A stretch of 64,000 nt of DNA from Dehalococcoidia bacterium (GCA_965219085.1 OZ244720.1:352001-416000); one strand, 5' to 3'; positions 20,531 through 30,922 are shown, counted from the first letter of the stretch. The notes: generated by a model not told the origin, from the letters alone. A program made the numbers and translations.

Positions 20531-20690
20531 TGTCGGCGTCCAGCGATCATGTCACCTCAACTCCTCAGCGAATGTCTCACTCGAGGCGGAGGTCTCGACC
20601 CGGGACGATGTAGCGGAGGGCGTCGCGGAGGCGGGGCATCGGCGAGGACGTACCTCCGGAACGGTGTGGCGGGAGATGCCGAGGAGCGCC
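20531..20690 (-). mobile_element. Right-end remnant of an IS481-like element
   Basis: LLGISRHTV/RRYVLA matches the C-terminus of the 58342 transposase (LLGISRVTVSNYV); the end TGACATGATCGCTGGACGCCGACA matches its right end TGACAGAATCGCTGCACGTCGACA. Confidence 0.75.
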
Positions 20691-21250
20691 TGCAGGTAGG
20701 TCGCGAGCAGCCGCCGCGAGCCCTTCGAGACTGCGGCGGGGGCGAGCCCCGGTTGCTCCCGCACGACCTTCCGGTACTTGCGGCGGCGGCTCGTGCACCC
20801 GTCCTCCCCGGCCGCGTCGTCGTCGCGGCCGATCGTGTGCTCGACGAAGCCGTAGCGCTCGATCCAGCGGCTTTCCTCCCCCCGCCCGAACGCGGTCCGG
20901 ATCTGCGGGTTGAACCGGTGAGCAGGTGGAAGAGGGCCGAGGAGTCGCCGCCCGTGAGCGTGCCCGCTGAGGCTGAGCGACCTGCCGCGGGCGGCGCCGA
21001 GCATGCCGGGGGCGATGCCTCGCGCTGGAGGAGCGGCACGCCGTCCACGTCCACGATCTGCGCATGACAGTCCGGGCAGCACGGCATGCGGAAGGGCGCG
21101 CCCGTCTCCTCGTGGCGCACGAGCCCGCGCGCGGTGGTCGCCCGGCGCTGGACGACCGCGGGCTGCCAGCGGCAGGAGAGCTTCGCCCGTTCGCGCGCCA
21201 GGATCGCGAGGAGCGGTCCGGGCCCCGCGGAGACGCTCCACGTCGGTGAT
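20680..21250 (-). pseudogene. Degraded central fragment of ICE-type helicase
   Basis: Across frames: KLSCRWQPAV, CPDCHAQIVDVDGVPL, GTLTGG..LFHLL, RWIERYGF..RRRKYRKVVREQPGLAPAA, GSRRLLATYLQALL. Confidence 0.6.
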
Positions 21251-21329
21251 CGTTAGCTCACCGAGGCGTGCGCGCTGTCGTCACATGGCGGATGCCCTGG
21301 GGGTGCCCAGCGGCGTGCTGGGCCCTGGG

Positions 21330-22259
21330 TCAGCGTGCTCGCGTTGGATGCGCGGGGGATCGGGCCTGACGGAGGATCCACTGGCGGAAGGCCTGGACCT
21401 CGGGCTTGCGCCGGGAGGCTGCGGTGGTGATGAGGCAGCAGCGCTCGGGGGCGTCGGCCTGCTGCTCCAAGACGGGGACAAGCACCCCACTCGCGAGCTC
21501 GTCCGCAATCAGCGCCGGGCGCCCGATCGCGGCCCCGAGCCCCTGGCCGGCGGCGTCGACCACCATGCTGTAGAGGCGGAAGCCCGAGGCCCGCGAGAGG
21601 TCCGGCGCGGGCTCGTGCTGGCAGGCGGACCAGTACGCCCAGTCGGTGTCCCAGCCCAGGTCGTAGAGCAGGGGCCAGCCGTCCAGCTCGACCGCGCCGC
21701 GGGGCTGCCCGCGCGCCGCGAGCAAGGCCGGGCTGCAGACCGGAAGCAGCTGCTCCTCGTAGAGCGTCTCCTCGATCAGCGTGTCGACGCGCCGCGTGGC
21801 CGGGTGCGGCGCCGCGGTCGCGCCGGTGTAGGCGATCCAGGCGTCGAAGTCGCGGCTGCCGGGGTCGACACCGCGGTGGTTGGTCTCCAGCTCGATGGCG
21901 ATGCCGGGATGGGCCGCCTCGAGGGCGGCCAGCCTCGGCAGCAGCCACTTCTCAGCGACCGCCTCCACCGAGATGATGCGGACACGGCGCGGCTGGCGGC
22001 TGTGGCGCTCGGAGACGCCGTGGAACTCGGCGAGGATGCGCTGCACCTCCTGCAGGTAGGCCCGCCCCCGGGCATTGAGGAGCACGCCCCGCTGGCGGCG
22101 TTCGAAGAGCGCGGCGTCGAGATGCTCCTCGAGGGCTCGCACGCGGTAGGCGACAGCCGCCGCGGTGACGCCCAGTTCGGACGCGGCGCGCGCGAAGCTC
22201 CCATGGCGGGCCGCGGCCTCGAAGAAGCGCAGGCTCTCAAGGGGAGGCAGGCGCGACAC
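21330..22259 (-). CDS. LysR-family regulator (GcvA-like)
   Basis: LPPLESLRFFEAAARHGSFARAASELGVT HTH plus substrate-binding domain. Confidence 0.93.
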   Translation of the reverse strand: MSRLPPLESLRFFEAAARHGSFARAASELGVTAAAVAYRVRALEEHLDAALFERRQRGVLLNARGRAYLQEVQRILAEFHGVSERHSRQPRRVRIISVEAVAEKWLLPRLAALEAAHPGIAIELETNHRGVDPGSRDFDAWIAYTGATAAPHPATRRVDTLIEETLYEEQLLPVCSPALLAARGQPRGAVELDGWPLLYDLGWDTDWAYWSACQHEPAPDLSRASGFRLYSMVVDAAGQGLGAAIGRPALIADELASGVLVPVLEQQADAPERCCLITTAASRRKPEVQAFRQWILRQARSPAHPTRAR

Positions 22260-22384
22260 GATATCGAGTGTCCATGGCGGATCCCTGGGCGGGTAGTACC
22301 GTGCCCGAAGCAGATTATGCCATAGCGAGCCCTGTGTTAGGGATAGTCTCGCTATTGGTAAGAGAGGATTCTATTATTGCTCGA

Positions 22385-22790
22385 TTGCCTTTGGATTGGA
22401 CAATAACCCCAGTCATTATCCATTCCTGGAATGTCATTCGATGAACGAATCGGATGTTCCTCCACCGGCGTCCCGAACTCCTGCTGCCTGCGAGTGCGGG
22501 TGCCGTCGCGCGTGACCCCCGCCGGAGAGCCGCACTCCCTCCTACAGTTCTGAATCGTGCCGGAATGGGCCGACACCACTCATGCTGTACAAGCCATAAT
22601 GACACTAGTTCTTTGATGCCAATAGATTATCTCTAGATCTGCCTTGAATGTAAGGCAATAGCCCCTCTTTTGGCGTATCTATTGTTGAATGTCATTCGAT
22701 GAACGAGTGGGACGTTCCTCACCGGCTCGCGAACTCGTGCCCGCCTCGAGTGGGGCTCCGTTGCGCGTAAGCCGCCGTAGAGCTGCACCG
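22385..22790. repeat. Two imperfect direct repeats 258 bp apart in an AT-richer intergenic region
   Basis: GAATGTCATTCGATGAACGA at 22429 and 22687, followed by ~90 bp of similar sequence in each copy. Confidence 0.85.
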
Positions 22791-22888
22791 ACTGCGGTGC
22801 TGCGGGACCCGCTGCGCCGCGCCCTAGGTTTCAGGGGGAACCGTCTGAAGAGCGGCGCCTAGCTGCGACGTGATTGGGGGTCTGGACA

Positions 22889-25840
22889 ATGACGCGACTG
22901 CTGATGACGTCCATCGGCACGCTTCTGGCTCTGCTCGCCGGCGCGCTGCCCGGCCTGCAGGCGCAGAGGGCGCCTTCAATCTCGTTCGAGCTGTCGCCGG
23001 GTCACAGCGCGCCGTGGGACATGCCCCTCACCGCCACCATCACCCTTGAGTACCTGGACTTCGCCAGCTATTCCTCCGTCGTGTTCCATGCCGACATCAC
23101 CGGGCACGAGGACAAGACACGGGAGTGCTTTGGGCAGGACACCGAACGCGACATGACCATCGAGGTAGACGAGAGCGAGGAGGTCTTCACCGTGCGCCTG
23201 TTCACGCCCTGCAACCATTCCCCCGGCGTGGGAGGTTCCTACTACTACACGCTCGATCTCAGCGTGCTCCAGATTGTTCGCGGACCGCCGGAGCAGAGGC
23301 TCGAGTTGGCGACAGTGCGTACCGCGTTCCTGACGACGGAGTACCTCACGCCGGGAGAGGCGGTAGCCCCCCCGGAGGCCGGTGCGCTGCTCTGGATGGA
23401 CCCGGAGCCCCGAACCGTCGACATCCACGTTCATGGGTGGTACCAATTCCGCTTTCGCGGCGACATCCCGGCCTATGACGCCGACCACCTGGGCGTGTAC
23501 TTCAGCCCCAATGACCACGGTCTCCTGTTGGGCGTCGGCAGCGGCTCGCTTCCTCCGGAACGGCCGCCTGAGGAATCCTGTCGCGAGCAAGAGGACCAGC
23601 TGTCGTCGTGGCGCCGCGCGGTCCATCAGTCACTCTGGGTGACCGCCTGTCGAACGGGCGAGGCGGTTATCCAGTTGCGGCACGAAACCAGACCGTTGGG
23701 GCCCCTCTACGAGTACACGCTGTCCATCACCTCCGACGCCACGGGCAATCGTGCTCCGGAGTTCCCCGCCCGCGTCGTCAGGATCGGCATGCCCCAGGAT
23801 GCCGTCGCCGGAACTCCGTTCGGCGAACCGGTCACGGCCTCGGACGCCGACGGCGATCCGTTGACCTATTCGCTCGCCGGAGGAGCCACCGAGTACTTCG
23901 AGATTGATCGGTCCACGGGACAGATGACCCTGGGGAGCGCCCCTCTCGCGAATATCGAAATCGGAGCCACCTATGTCCTGCGCGTCGCCGCCATGGATCC
24001 GGTCAATCGCACCGACACCACCATCGTGCGGATCGCGGTCACGGAGCCGGGGACCCTGCCCCCCGACGGCGACGAAGACGGCGACCCGCCTACAGACGAT
24101 CCCACCCCCGGCCCCGGCCCCGGCGGCGGGCCCGGGCCCACGGGCGGCGGTGGCGGTCCCTCCGGCCCCTCGCCCAGCGAGGCGGACTTCGAGTGGACGG
24201 TGAAGCACGACATCGAGGCGCTCGACGCCGCCAACGCCGCCGCCACCGGCGTCTGGTCCGACGGTGAGACGCTGTGGGTGGCCAACAACCCCGACGGCGC
24301 CGGCGACGGCGTCTACGCCTACGACCTCGCGACCGGTGAACGCATCAAGGAGCGTGAGTTCGAGCTCGACGAGAAGAACCGCGCCCCGCGCGGCGTCTGG
24401 TCCGACCGCATCACGATGTGGATCTCGGACAGCGGCCAGAACCGCCTTTTCGCCCACGACCTCGCCAGCGGCGAGCGCCTCCCCGAACGCGACCTCGCGC
24501 TCGACAGGCGCAACAGCGCCTCGCGCGGCATCTGGTCCGACGGCGAGACGATGTGGGTGCTCGATGGCGGCAGGAGAGACGCCCTCTTCGCCTACGACCT
24601 CGCCAGCGGCCAGTTGCTCGCCGAGTGCGCCCTCGACAGCGCCAACGGCGACCCCCGCGGCCTCTGGTCGGACGGCGTCACCATCTGGGTCTCCGACCAC
24701 GGCGCCAAGCGCCTCTTCGCCTACCGGCTGCCCCTCCTCCGGGACGAAGCGGAGGACTCGGACGTGGAGGACGCCGATGCGGACGAGAAGGAGCTCGAGC
24801 GCGTCCGCGACGAGGAGTTCGGAGAGTCCAGGGAACTGTCGAAGGCCAGCAACAACAGCCCGCGCGGCATCTGGTCCGACGGCGACGTGATGTACGTGGC
24901 GGACGCGAGCGACGACAAGGTCTACAGCTACAACATGCCCGACGCGATCGACGCGCGCCTCGCCTCGCTCTCCCTCAGCGGCGTCGACATCGGCGAGTTC
25001 CTGCCTGGCCGGGAGGAGTACGAGGGCGTCGCGGGTGAGGGCGTGACGGAAACGACGGTCGAGGCCGAAGCGATGCAACGCAGTACAACTAGTGTCGTCA
25101 TCGACCCGCCCGACGCCGACGAGGAGGCCGAAGGCCACCAGGTGGCGCTGGAGGAAGTCGAGGCGATCACCGTCACCGTTATTTCGGCCGGCGGCAGCCG
25201 CGAGCTCGTCTACCGGGTGCGCTTCCCCGAGACGGGGTGGGACCCGGCCCGCGATCCCTGGCCACACTGCCTGCGCGGCGCCCTCTCCGAGGGCTTCAGC
25301 CTCGTCGTCTTCGAGGGGGGCAGCGTCGAGGAGCTGATCACCTGCGCGGAGAGCCGGGACATCGTGGCCTTCTACGCCCTCCATGAGGGCGTCTACGTCT
25401 CCTACATCCTCGGCGCGCCGGGCTTCGTCAACCGCGCGTTCGGGGAGCTCTTCCCCGACGGGCTCCCGGTCATGGCGCCGCTGGTCGCCGGCAGCAACGG
25501 ACCGCCCTCGGGAGACCCGTTCGGAGATGACCCTGACGACGCTGGGCAGCCGGGGCCGGCGTGCCTGCGCGGCGAGATCGCCCCCGGTTTCAGCCTCGTC
25601 GTCTCCGCGGGCGGCAGTGTCGAGGACCTCGTCGCCTGCGCGGAGAGCCGGCACGTCGCGGCCCTCTACGCCTTGCATGACGGCGTCTGGATCTCCTACA
25701 CCCTCGCAGCGCAGGAGTCCGCGAACCGGCCCTTCCGCGAGCTGTACGCCGACGGCCTGCCCTCCATCACGCCACTGGTCGCCAGGAGCGAGGGGCCGCC
25801 CGCAGGTGGCGCGGACTGGGACGGCTCGGCAAGCAATTGA
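22889..25840 (+). CDS. Secreted surface protein: unique N-terminus, cadherin, WSDG propeller, beta-sandwich, duplicated C-terminal domain
   Basis: Signal peptide MTRLLMTSIGTLLALLAGALPGLQA; NRAPEF..PVTASDADGDPLTYSL cadherin; five GxWSD blades. Confidence 0.9.
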   Translation: MTRLLMTSIGTLLALLAGALPGLQAQRAPSISFELSPGHSAPWDMPLTATITLEYLDFASYSSVVFHADITGHEDKTRECFGQDTERDMTIEVDESEEVFTVRLFTPCNHSPGVGGSYYYTLDLSVLQIVRGPPEQRLELATVRTAFLTTEYLTPGEAVAPPEAGALLWMDPEPRTVDIHVHGWYQFRFRGDIPAYDADHLGVYFSPNDHGLLLGVGSGSLPPERPPEESCREQEDQLSSWRRAVHQSLWVTACRTGEAVIQLRHETRPLGPLYEYTLSITSDATGNRAPEFPARVVRIGMPQDAVAGTPFGEPVTASDADGDPLTYSLAGGATEYFEIDRSTGQMTLGSAPLANIEIGATYVLRVAAMDPVNRTDTTIVRIAVTEPGTLPPDGDEDGDPPTDDPTPGPGPGGGPGPTGGGGGPSGPSPSEADFEWTVKHDIEALDAANAAATGVWSDGETLWVANNPDGAGDGVYAYDLATGERIKEREFELDEKNRAPRGVWSDRITMWISDSGQNRLFAHDLASGERLPERDLALDRRNSASRGIWSDGETMWVLDGGRRDALFAYDLASGQLLAECALDSANGDPRGLWSDGVTIWVSDHGAKRLFAYRLPLLRDEAEDSDVEDADADEKELERVRDEEFGESRELSKASNNSPRGIWSDGDVMYVADASDDKVYSYNMPDAIDARLASLSLSGVDIGEFLPGREEYEGVAGEGVTETTVEAEAMQRSTTSVVIDPPDADEEAEGHQVALEEVEAITVTVISAGGSRELVYRVRFPETGWDPARDPWPHCLRGALSEGFSLVVFEGGSVEELITCAESRDIVAFYALHEGVYVSYILGAPGFVNRAFGELFPDGLPVMAPLVAGSNGPPSGDPFGDDPDDAGQPGPACLRGEIAPGFSLVVSAGGSVEDLVACAESRHVAALYALHDGVWISYTLAAQESANRPFRELYADGLPSITPLVARSEGPPAGGADWDGSASN
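24125..25800 (+). repeat. Copy B of paralogous C-terminal module
   Basis: Homologous to the reverse complement of 9360..11025. Confidence 0.9.
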
Positions 25841-26856
25841 GCGTCTGATCCGGGCTGGCACAGGTCTCAGATCGAGATCGCCCGGCGGAAAGTTCGCAGT
25901 ACGGTGTGTAGCCTCGCCATTTCCAGCATGACGCACGGTACTGCAGGCTGATTCCGCGACTGCGCACCGAACACGAGCCCGCCGACCTCCCTGTCGATCT
26001 CGCGCTGAAACAGGGAGCCGGGGACAGGACCGGTGGCGCGTCTAGGAGCAGTTGGCGCTGCTCGACCTCGTCGTCGCAGAGTGGCTGCTGGAGGGCGTCA
26101 GTGACGCACGCAGACTTCAACGAAGCAGCGTGGATCGAGCGCCGGCCGCCGCCCTCGAACACTGTGGCGGCGGAGGCGCGACTGTCTTACTTACTCCCCG
26201 CTCCCGCCTGACATGCCCCGGTCCGGTCCAATCGACGAGTATTGGTCAGTTCTCCATCGCCGATACCGCGACCTCGCGGCGCGGGCGAAACACGATCCGA
26301 ACGCCTCGCTCCCAGTTCAATGAGTCGCACTTGTGGGTTCGCACGGATCCCGCCGAAGCGAGTGCCATCCTGCGGGAGCATCCTCTTCTGAAGCTGGCGC
26401 TGGCGGGCTCGGGCGAGAACAAAGGGTATGACTCAGGATTCTCAGCAGATCGTTTCCCTCAGACCTGAAGTCGCTCGTGTCGTCTCTCGCAAAGCTCTCC
26501 GTCAAGGAAGGAGGCGCAGAGGCTGCTCGGCGCCTGCACCGCTACCTGACCGCCCGGGGCGAATGGGACCATCCTGGCAAACGAGACTACGGTCCTTCAC
26601 GGATTGGTCGTGAGAGAGCGCTCCAATCTTGACGCAGGTGCCTGCCCGGCCTCGTTATGCGGACGCCAGAGAGGAGTTCGGCCTGCCCGATGAACCTGAG
26701 CCGCTGTCGAAGACGAGCTTCCCAGACGCGGCCGTACTCGTGCGCCGCCTCGACTACGGTCCCGGCGTCGTGCCACATTCCCCAGAGAGTGCAACGCTCG
26801 CTTCCATGTCCTGTCGACGCTTGGCGAGGCGCACTGCCGAAGCGTGGTAGTCACGG

Positions 26857-27770
26857 TCAGCCGCAGCGACGGCCTCTGCGGAGCGGCGCCTCGGGCCGGA
26901 GAGTTGCGGTCCCTCCGCGTAGAACCGCGCGGATCCTCGCCGCCAGCTCCGTGGGGGCGAAGGGCTTGACGACGTAGTCGGCAGCTCCCCTGTCGATGGC
27001 CCTGTCGATGACCTCCTCCTGGCGGTAGGCGGACAGGAAGATGACGGGCGCGTCGACTGTCTCCCGGATGGTCTCCATCAGCTCGATGCCGTCGGTGCCG
27101 GGCAACATCAGGTCCAGCAGGACGAGCTGGGGCTCGTACTCCCCGGCAACGCGGAGAGCCTCTTCCGGGTCGCCGGTGACAATGGGCGCGTAGCCCGCTT
27201 GGAGAGGGCGTCGCGCACACGCCTGAGGCGTCTGCGGGTCGTCGCCCACCATGAGAATGCGCGCCAGCTCCTCCGCCCTGCCCCGCGAGTGGGCGTCCGG
27301 CCGCCCGGGGGCGGCGACGCCTCTTCGGCCGCTGGGATGGTGAAGGTGAACCGCGCTCCCAGGTCGCGCCCCTCGCTCTCGGCCCAGATGCGACCTCCGT
27401 GGGCCTCCACGATGCCCCTGCCGATGGCCAGATCCAAGCCCGAGCCCGGGAGGTCGCCCTCCCGGTTCCCTCCTTCGGGACGGCTGTACTTCCCGAACAG
27501 GTGCGGGAGCCGATCGGCCGCAATACTCCTGCCCTCGTCGGCAACGGAGAAGGCGACGTGGATCTCCTTCTCGACGGCAGTCAGCCGGATGGAAGAAGAC
27601 GGCGGCGCGTGTCTGGCCGCGTTGGAGAGGAGGTTGCTCAGCACCTGAACGACGCGTCGCCGGTCCGCCATGACCGGAGGCAGGTCTTGCGGGATGTCGA
27701 TGTGGAGGTTCTCCCTGCCCACCGCGTCCAGGAACGCGTTCCTAGCCTCATGGACGAGGCGGCTGTTGCG
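26857..27770 (-). pseudogene. Hybrid histidine kinase/response regulator remnant (HATPase_c + REC)
   Basis: QVLSNLLSNAARH, GSGLDLAI..IVEAHGGRIW, then frameshifted LLDLMLPGTDG..DYVVKPF; no N-terminus. Confidence 0.85.
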
Positions 27771-27863
27771 ATCGCTCACGATCGAGGCCAAGTGATCGGA
27801 ACAGGTAGGCAAATGAGCCCCTATACTCCCACGCCGAAGTACCTGCCTGACGAAGGAGCTCCC

Positions 27864-28307
27864 ATGAGCCTGCTCGATCGCATCCTCCGCCCGTCCCGCA
27901 CCGCCTCGGCGCACTGCGATGGCCCCTGCGGCGTCTACGATCCCGCCTCGGCGCGCATCGCCGCCGAAGCTGTTCTCTCAATGGCCAGGAAGCTGGTCGC
28001 GACCGCAGGCCACGACCTCGCCACCGAGCACCCCCGCAGCCGCTTCATCGCCATCAAGGAAGAGCAGGCCCAGGTCGCCAAGCAGGAACTGCTCATCCTC
28101 TGGACCGACTACTTCAATCCCTCCCACCTCGAAGCCAACCCCGACCTCCATACCATGTTCTGGAACGCGGCCAAGCTCTGCTCGCAGAACAAGGTCGAGG
28201 TGAACGTCGAAGCCGCCCAGGCTCTCGTCGATGCCGTCGCCGGCATCCACAACATCTTCTGGGCCTCCAAGAACCGCGATGACGTTCCCTTCTACACGGC
28301 CGGCTAG
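27864..28307 (+). CDS. sodN: Nickel superoxide dismutase precursor
   Basis: Short leader then Ni-hook HCDGPCGVYDP; GAAGGAG RBS. Confidence 0.96.
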   Translation: MSLLDRILRPSRTASAHCDGPCGVYDPASARIAAEAVLSMARKLVATAGHDLATEHPRSRFIAIKEEQAQVAKQELLILWTDYFNPSHLEANPDLHTMFWNAAKLCSQNKVEVNVEAAQALVDAVAGIHNIFWASKNRDDVPFYTAG

Positions 28308-28317
28308 CCGCAACACG

Positions 28318-28704
28318 CTGGTCCGTAGCGCCTTCGTTCTCGCCGCTGCGGGCGCGGCGTTCGTCGCGGTCGTCCTCTGGCGTCTGTCTCGCTACGCCAT
28401 TACGGGCGAGAGCATGACCCCGACGCTCGGCCCCGGCGACTACGTCGTCGTCGATACCCGCGCCTACATCTGCCGGGCGCCCTCCCCCCGCGAGCTCGTG
28501 CTCGCCCGCGATCCACGTGAGCCATCGCGCGTGATCGCCAAGCGTGTCGCTGGCCCGGACGGAGCGGATGGCGTGGTGCTCCTGGGGGACAACCGCGTTC
28601 AGAGCACCGATAGTCGCACCTTCGGCTCCGTCTCCCGTGGCGACCTCGCCGGCCGCGTCGTCTGGTGTTATTGGCCTCCTGCGCGCTTCGGCCCCGTCCG
28701 CTAG
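28318..28704 (+). CDS. sodX: NiSOD maturation protease (S26 family)
   Basis: GESMTPTL..KRV..LGDN..STDSRTFG directly after sodN; start codon uncertain. Confidence 0.85.
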   Translation: MVRSAFVLAAAGAAFVAVVLWRLSRYAITGESMTPTLGPGDYVVVDTRAYICRAPSPRELVLARDPREPSRVIAKRVAGPDGADGVVLLGDNRVQSTDSRTFGSVSRGDLAGRVVWCYWPPARFGPVR

Positions 28705-28949
28705 ACCGTATCGAGTAATCGACTCCCGGTTCGCGAACTCGCGGGTTCGGACGCGAAGGCTGTACAGCAAGCCAGGGCGATGACGCGGCTCGCGCGGCGC
28801 CTCAATCGCGAGGCGACGGGTCCGGTGGGTGGCCCGGTGCGAGGCGAGGCCCAGGGGCTTCGCGCTACGGCGGCAGCTCGATGCCAAGGGCGCAGCGGCG
28901 GATGATCGCCCCGGAGGCCAGGCTGGCCCTCTCGCTCACCGACAAGGTC

Positions 28950-29227
28950 GCCGTGCCGGGCAGGCGCACCGAACGGTTCGCTGCGGGACAGTTCGCCGCC
29001 GCATTCCAGGGATTCGAACCAGCAGGCGTCCAGGCGGCTCGCGATCCTGAACGCGGCCCCCACGCTGAACGTGCTGAGGGCGCTGCCGAGCAACCGTTTC
29101 GAAGCTCTCAGCGGAGACCGGGTTGGGACAGTACTCCATCTGGATCAACCGGCAGTGGCGGATCTGCTTCGCTTGGTCCGGCGGCCCGGGGCCGACCGAC
29201 GTCGAGATCGTCGACTACCATCCGTGA
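28950..29227 (+). pseudogene. higB: HigB/RelE-type toxin, frameshifted
   Basis: Across frames: TERFAAG..RRLAILNAA..LPSNRFEALSGDR..QYSIWINRQWRICF..VEIVDYH. Confidence 0.8.
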
Positions 29228-29500
29228 CGGAAGCGCTACGCAGGAGGGCATCGGCTTGTTCAGGCGGGCGGTTCATCCCGGCGAGGTCCTGAGAGAGGAA
29301 CTGGAGTTCGGCGTGAGTCCGACGGCGTCCGCCCGCCAAATCAACGTACCGCCTAACCGGGTCAGCCAGATCATCACCGGCAAGCGCTCGGTGACGGGCG
29401 ATACCGCACTGCGGTTCGGGCGCTGATTCGGCGTTGACCCCCAGTTCTGGATGAACCTCCAGGCCCAGTTCGACCTCGCCGCGGCCGACGGGTACGCCGA
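29224..29500 (+). pseudogene. higA: HigA antitoxin with internal stop
   Basis: VHPGEVLREEL..VPPNRVSQIITGKRSVTGDTALRFGR*FGVDPQFWMNLQAQFDL. Confidence 0.85.
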
Positions 29501-29670
29501 GCGCCATGTGACGCTTTTGCGGCACTCGAGCGCATCCGTCCAGAGTCAGCGTATCTCGCGGACCCGGTGTTTGGCGGGCTCGGCGGACGTGCGATCGCGG
29601 ATCGTATCCGCGGGGCGGCCCGGGCCGCGGGCCTCGATGGCGACTTCTCGGGGCACTCCCCGCGGATCGC

Positions 29671-29785
29671 ATGGCGCGCGACCTCGCCGCGTCCGGCGCC
29701 AACACCACCGCGCTGATGCTGGCCGGATGCTGGCGTTCCGAGCGCATGCCTGCCCTGCATGCCCGCGGCGAGCTCGCCGGCAGGT
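29671..29785 (+). pseudogene. C-terminal fragment of a tyrosine recombinase
   Basis: MARDLAASGA..LMLAGCWRSERMP resembles the box II region of Cre-like integrases. Confidence 0.5.
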
Positions 29786-29789
29786 ACCA

Positions 29790-29985
29790 AGAGGTCATTC
29801 GACGCTACATCTCGCAAGCCAACGGGCACGCACCCTGTCAACTGGTTGGACCCGAGCGACAGCGATATCAGGTTGGAGAGGTCGCCCAGCTCGGCAGGGA
29901 TCGGCCGCGTCAACTCGTTGCGCGAGAGGGCCAGCCATTTCAGGTTGGTGAGGTTGCCCAGCTCGGCCGGGATCGGCCCGTCAGC
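29790..29985 (-). pseudogene. Leucine-rich repeat fragment (plant-type LRR consensus)
   Basis: LTGPIPAELGNLTNLKWLALSRNELTRPIPAELGDLSNLISLSLGSNQLTGCVP. Confidence 0.85.
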
Positions 29986-29989
29986 TGGT

Positions 29990-30325
29990 TGGCGGCGCGC
30001 GCTCGACCTCGTAGCCGCGCAGCGTCTCGGGCACCGTCACCGGCGCCGACGGCTGGGCCGCGGCGAGCAGACGCTGCACGGCCAGTTCGTCGAAGGTTCC
30101 GCTGGCGAGTGCCTGCTCCAACACCTCGCGCACCCGCTCATCGCCGTGCTCGTCCACGCTGCGCAGCAGCCGCGCGAAGGTGCGCGCCCTCTCCTGGGCG
30201 CCCTGCTCGCGTTCCAGCCGCGTCCAGAGCAGCCCGAAGGGCTCGCCCAGCGCCGCGGCCAGCTCAGCGCCGCCTGCCGCACCGCCTGCGGCTTGCATGC
30301 CAGCTCGGCGAGGTAGTGGCGGTAT
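29990..30325 (-). pseudogene. IS21-family IstA C-terminal fragment
   Basis: YRHYLAELACKPQAVRQAA..LGEPF..VPETLRGYEVE. Confidence 0.6.
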
Positions 30326-30329
30326 GCGG

Positions 30330-30922
30330 GTGGCCACCTGGATGGCCCGGCCACCCAGGCGCGATTCCGCGACCCCACCGCCCTCGCCTTCGATCATGAG
30401 GGCAACCTGCTCATCGTCGAGCGGGGCAACAGCCGTATCCGCATGCTCTCTCCCGACGGCAATGTCTCGACGGTTGCGGGCGCGACTCCGCTGCCGCGAG
30501 AGGGGCGGTCGCAGGGGAACTACGGGAGCAGCGACGGCTCCGCTCGCAGAGCTCTCTTCTTCTCGCCCGACGGAATGGCGATCGATCACGAGGGCAACAT
30601 CTTCTTCACGGAATACGGGGGCATTCGCATGATCGACGAAGGGCGCTACGTCTCGACCGTGCTTCGGACCCCCCATATCCGACTTGGGGGCGAACTCTCG
30701 CTCTCCATTGATGGGATCACCGTGGGTGCCGACCGGGCGCTGCACGTCGCTGACCCATACTACGGCAGGGTCGTGCGGGTCACCCGCGATGGCATGCTGG
30801 CCATCGTCGCGGATGGACTGTCGAGCCCCAGGCGGATCCTTGCGCTTCCCGACGGGGCCCTTCTCGTCACGGATAGCGGCGACAATGTCATCCGGAAGAT
30901 CACGTTTGACGACGAGCGCTAG
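30330..30922 (+). pseudogene. N-truncated NHL-repeat protein
   Basis: DGPATQARFRDPTALAFDHEGNLLIVERGNSRIRML..VTDSGDNVIRKI. Confidence 0.75.

Noticed and set aside
9360-25800. Diversity-generating retroelement template/variable repeat pair
   Set aside because: No reverse transcriptase; the repeats are too long, both coding, and differences do not look adenine-specific.
25900-26850. Short ORFs 26052..26468 and 26629..26850
   Set aside because: No recognisable motifs; probably degraded DNA.
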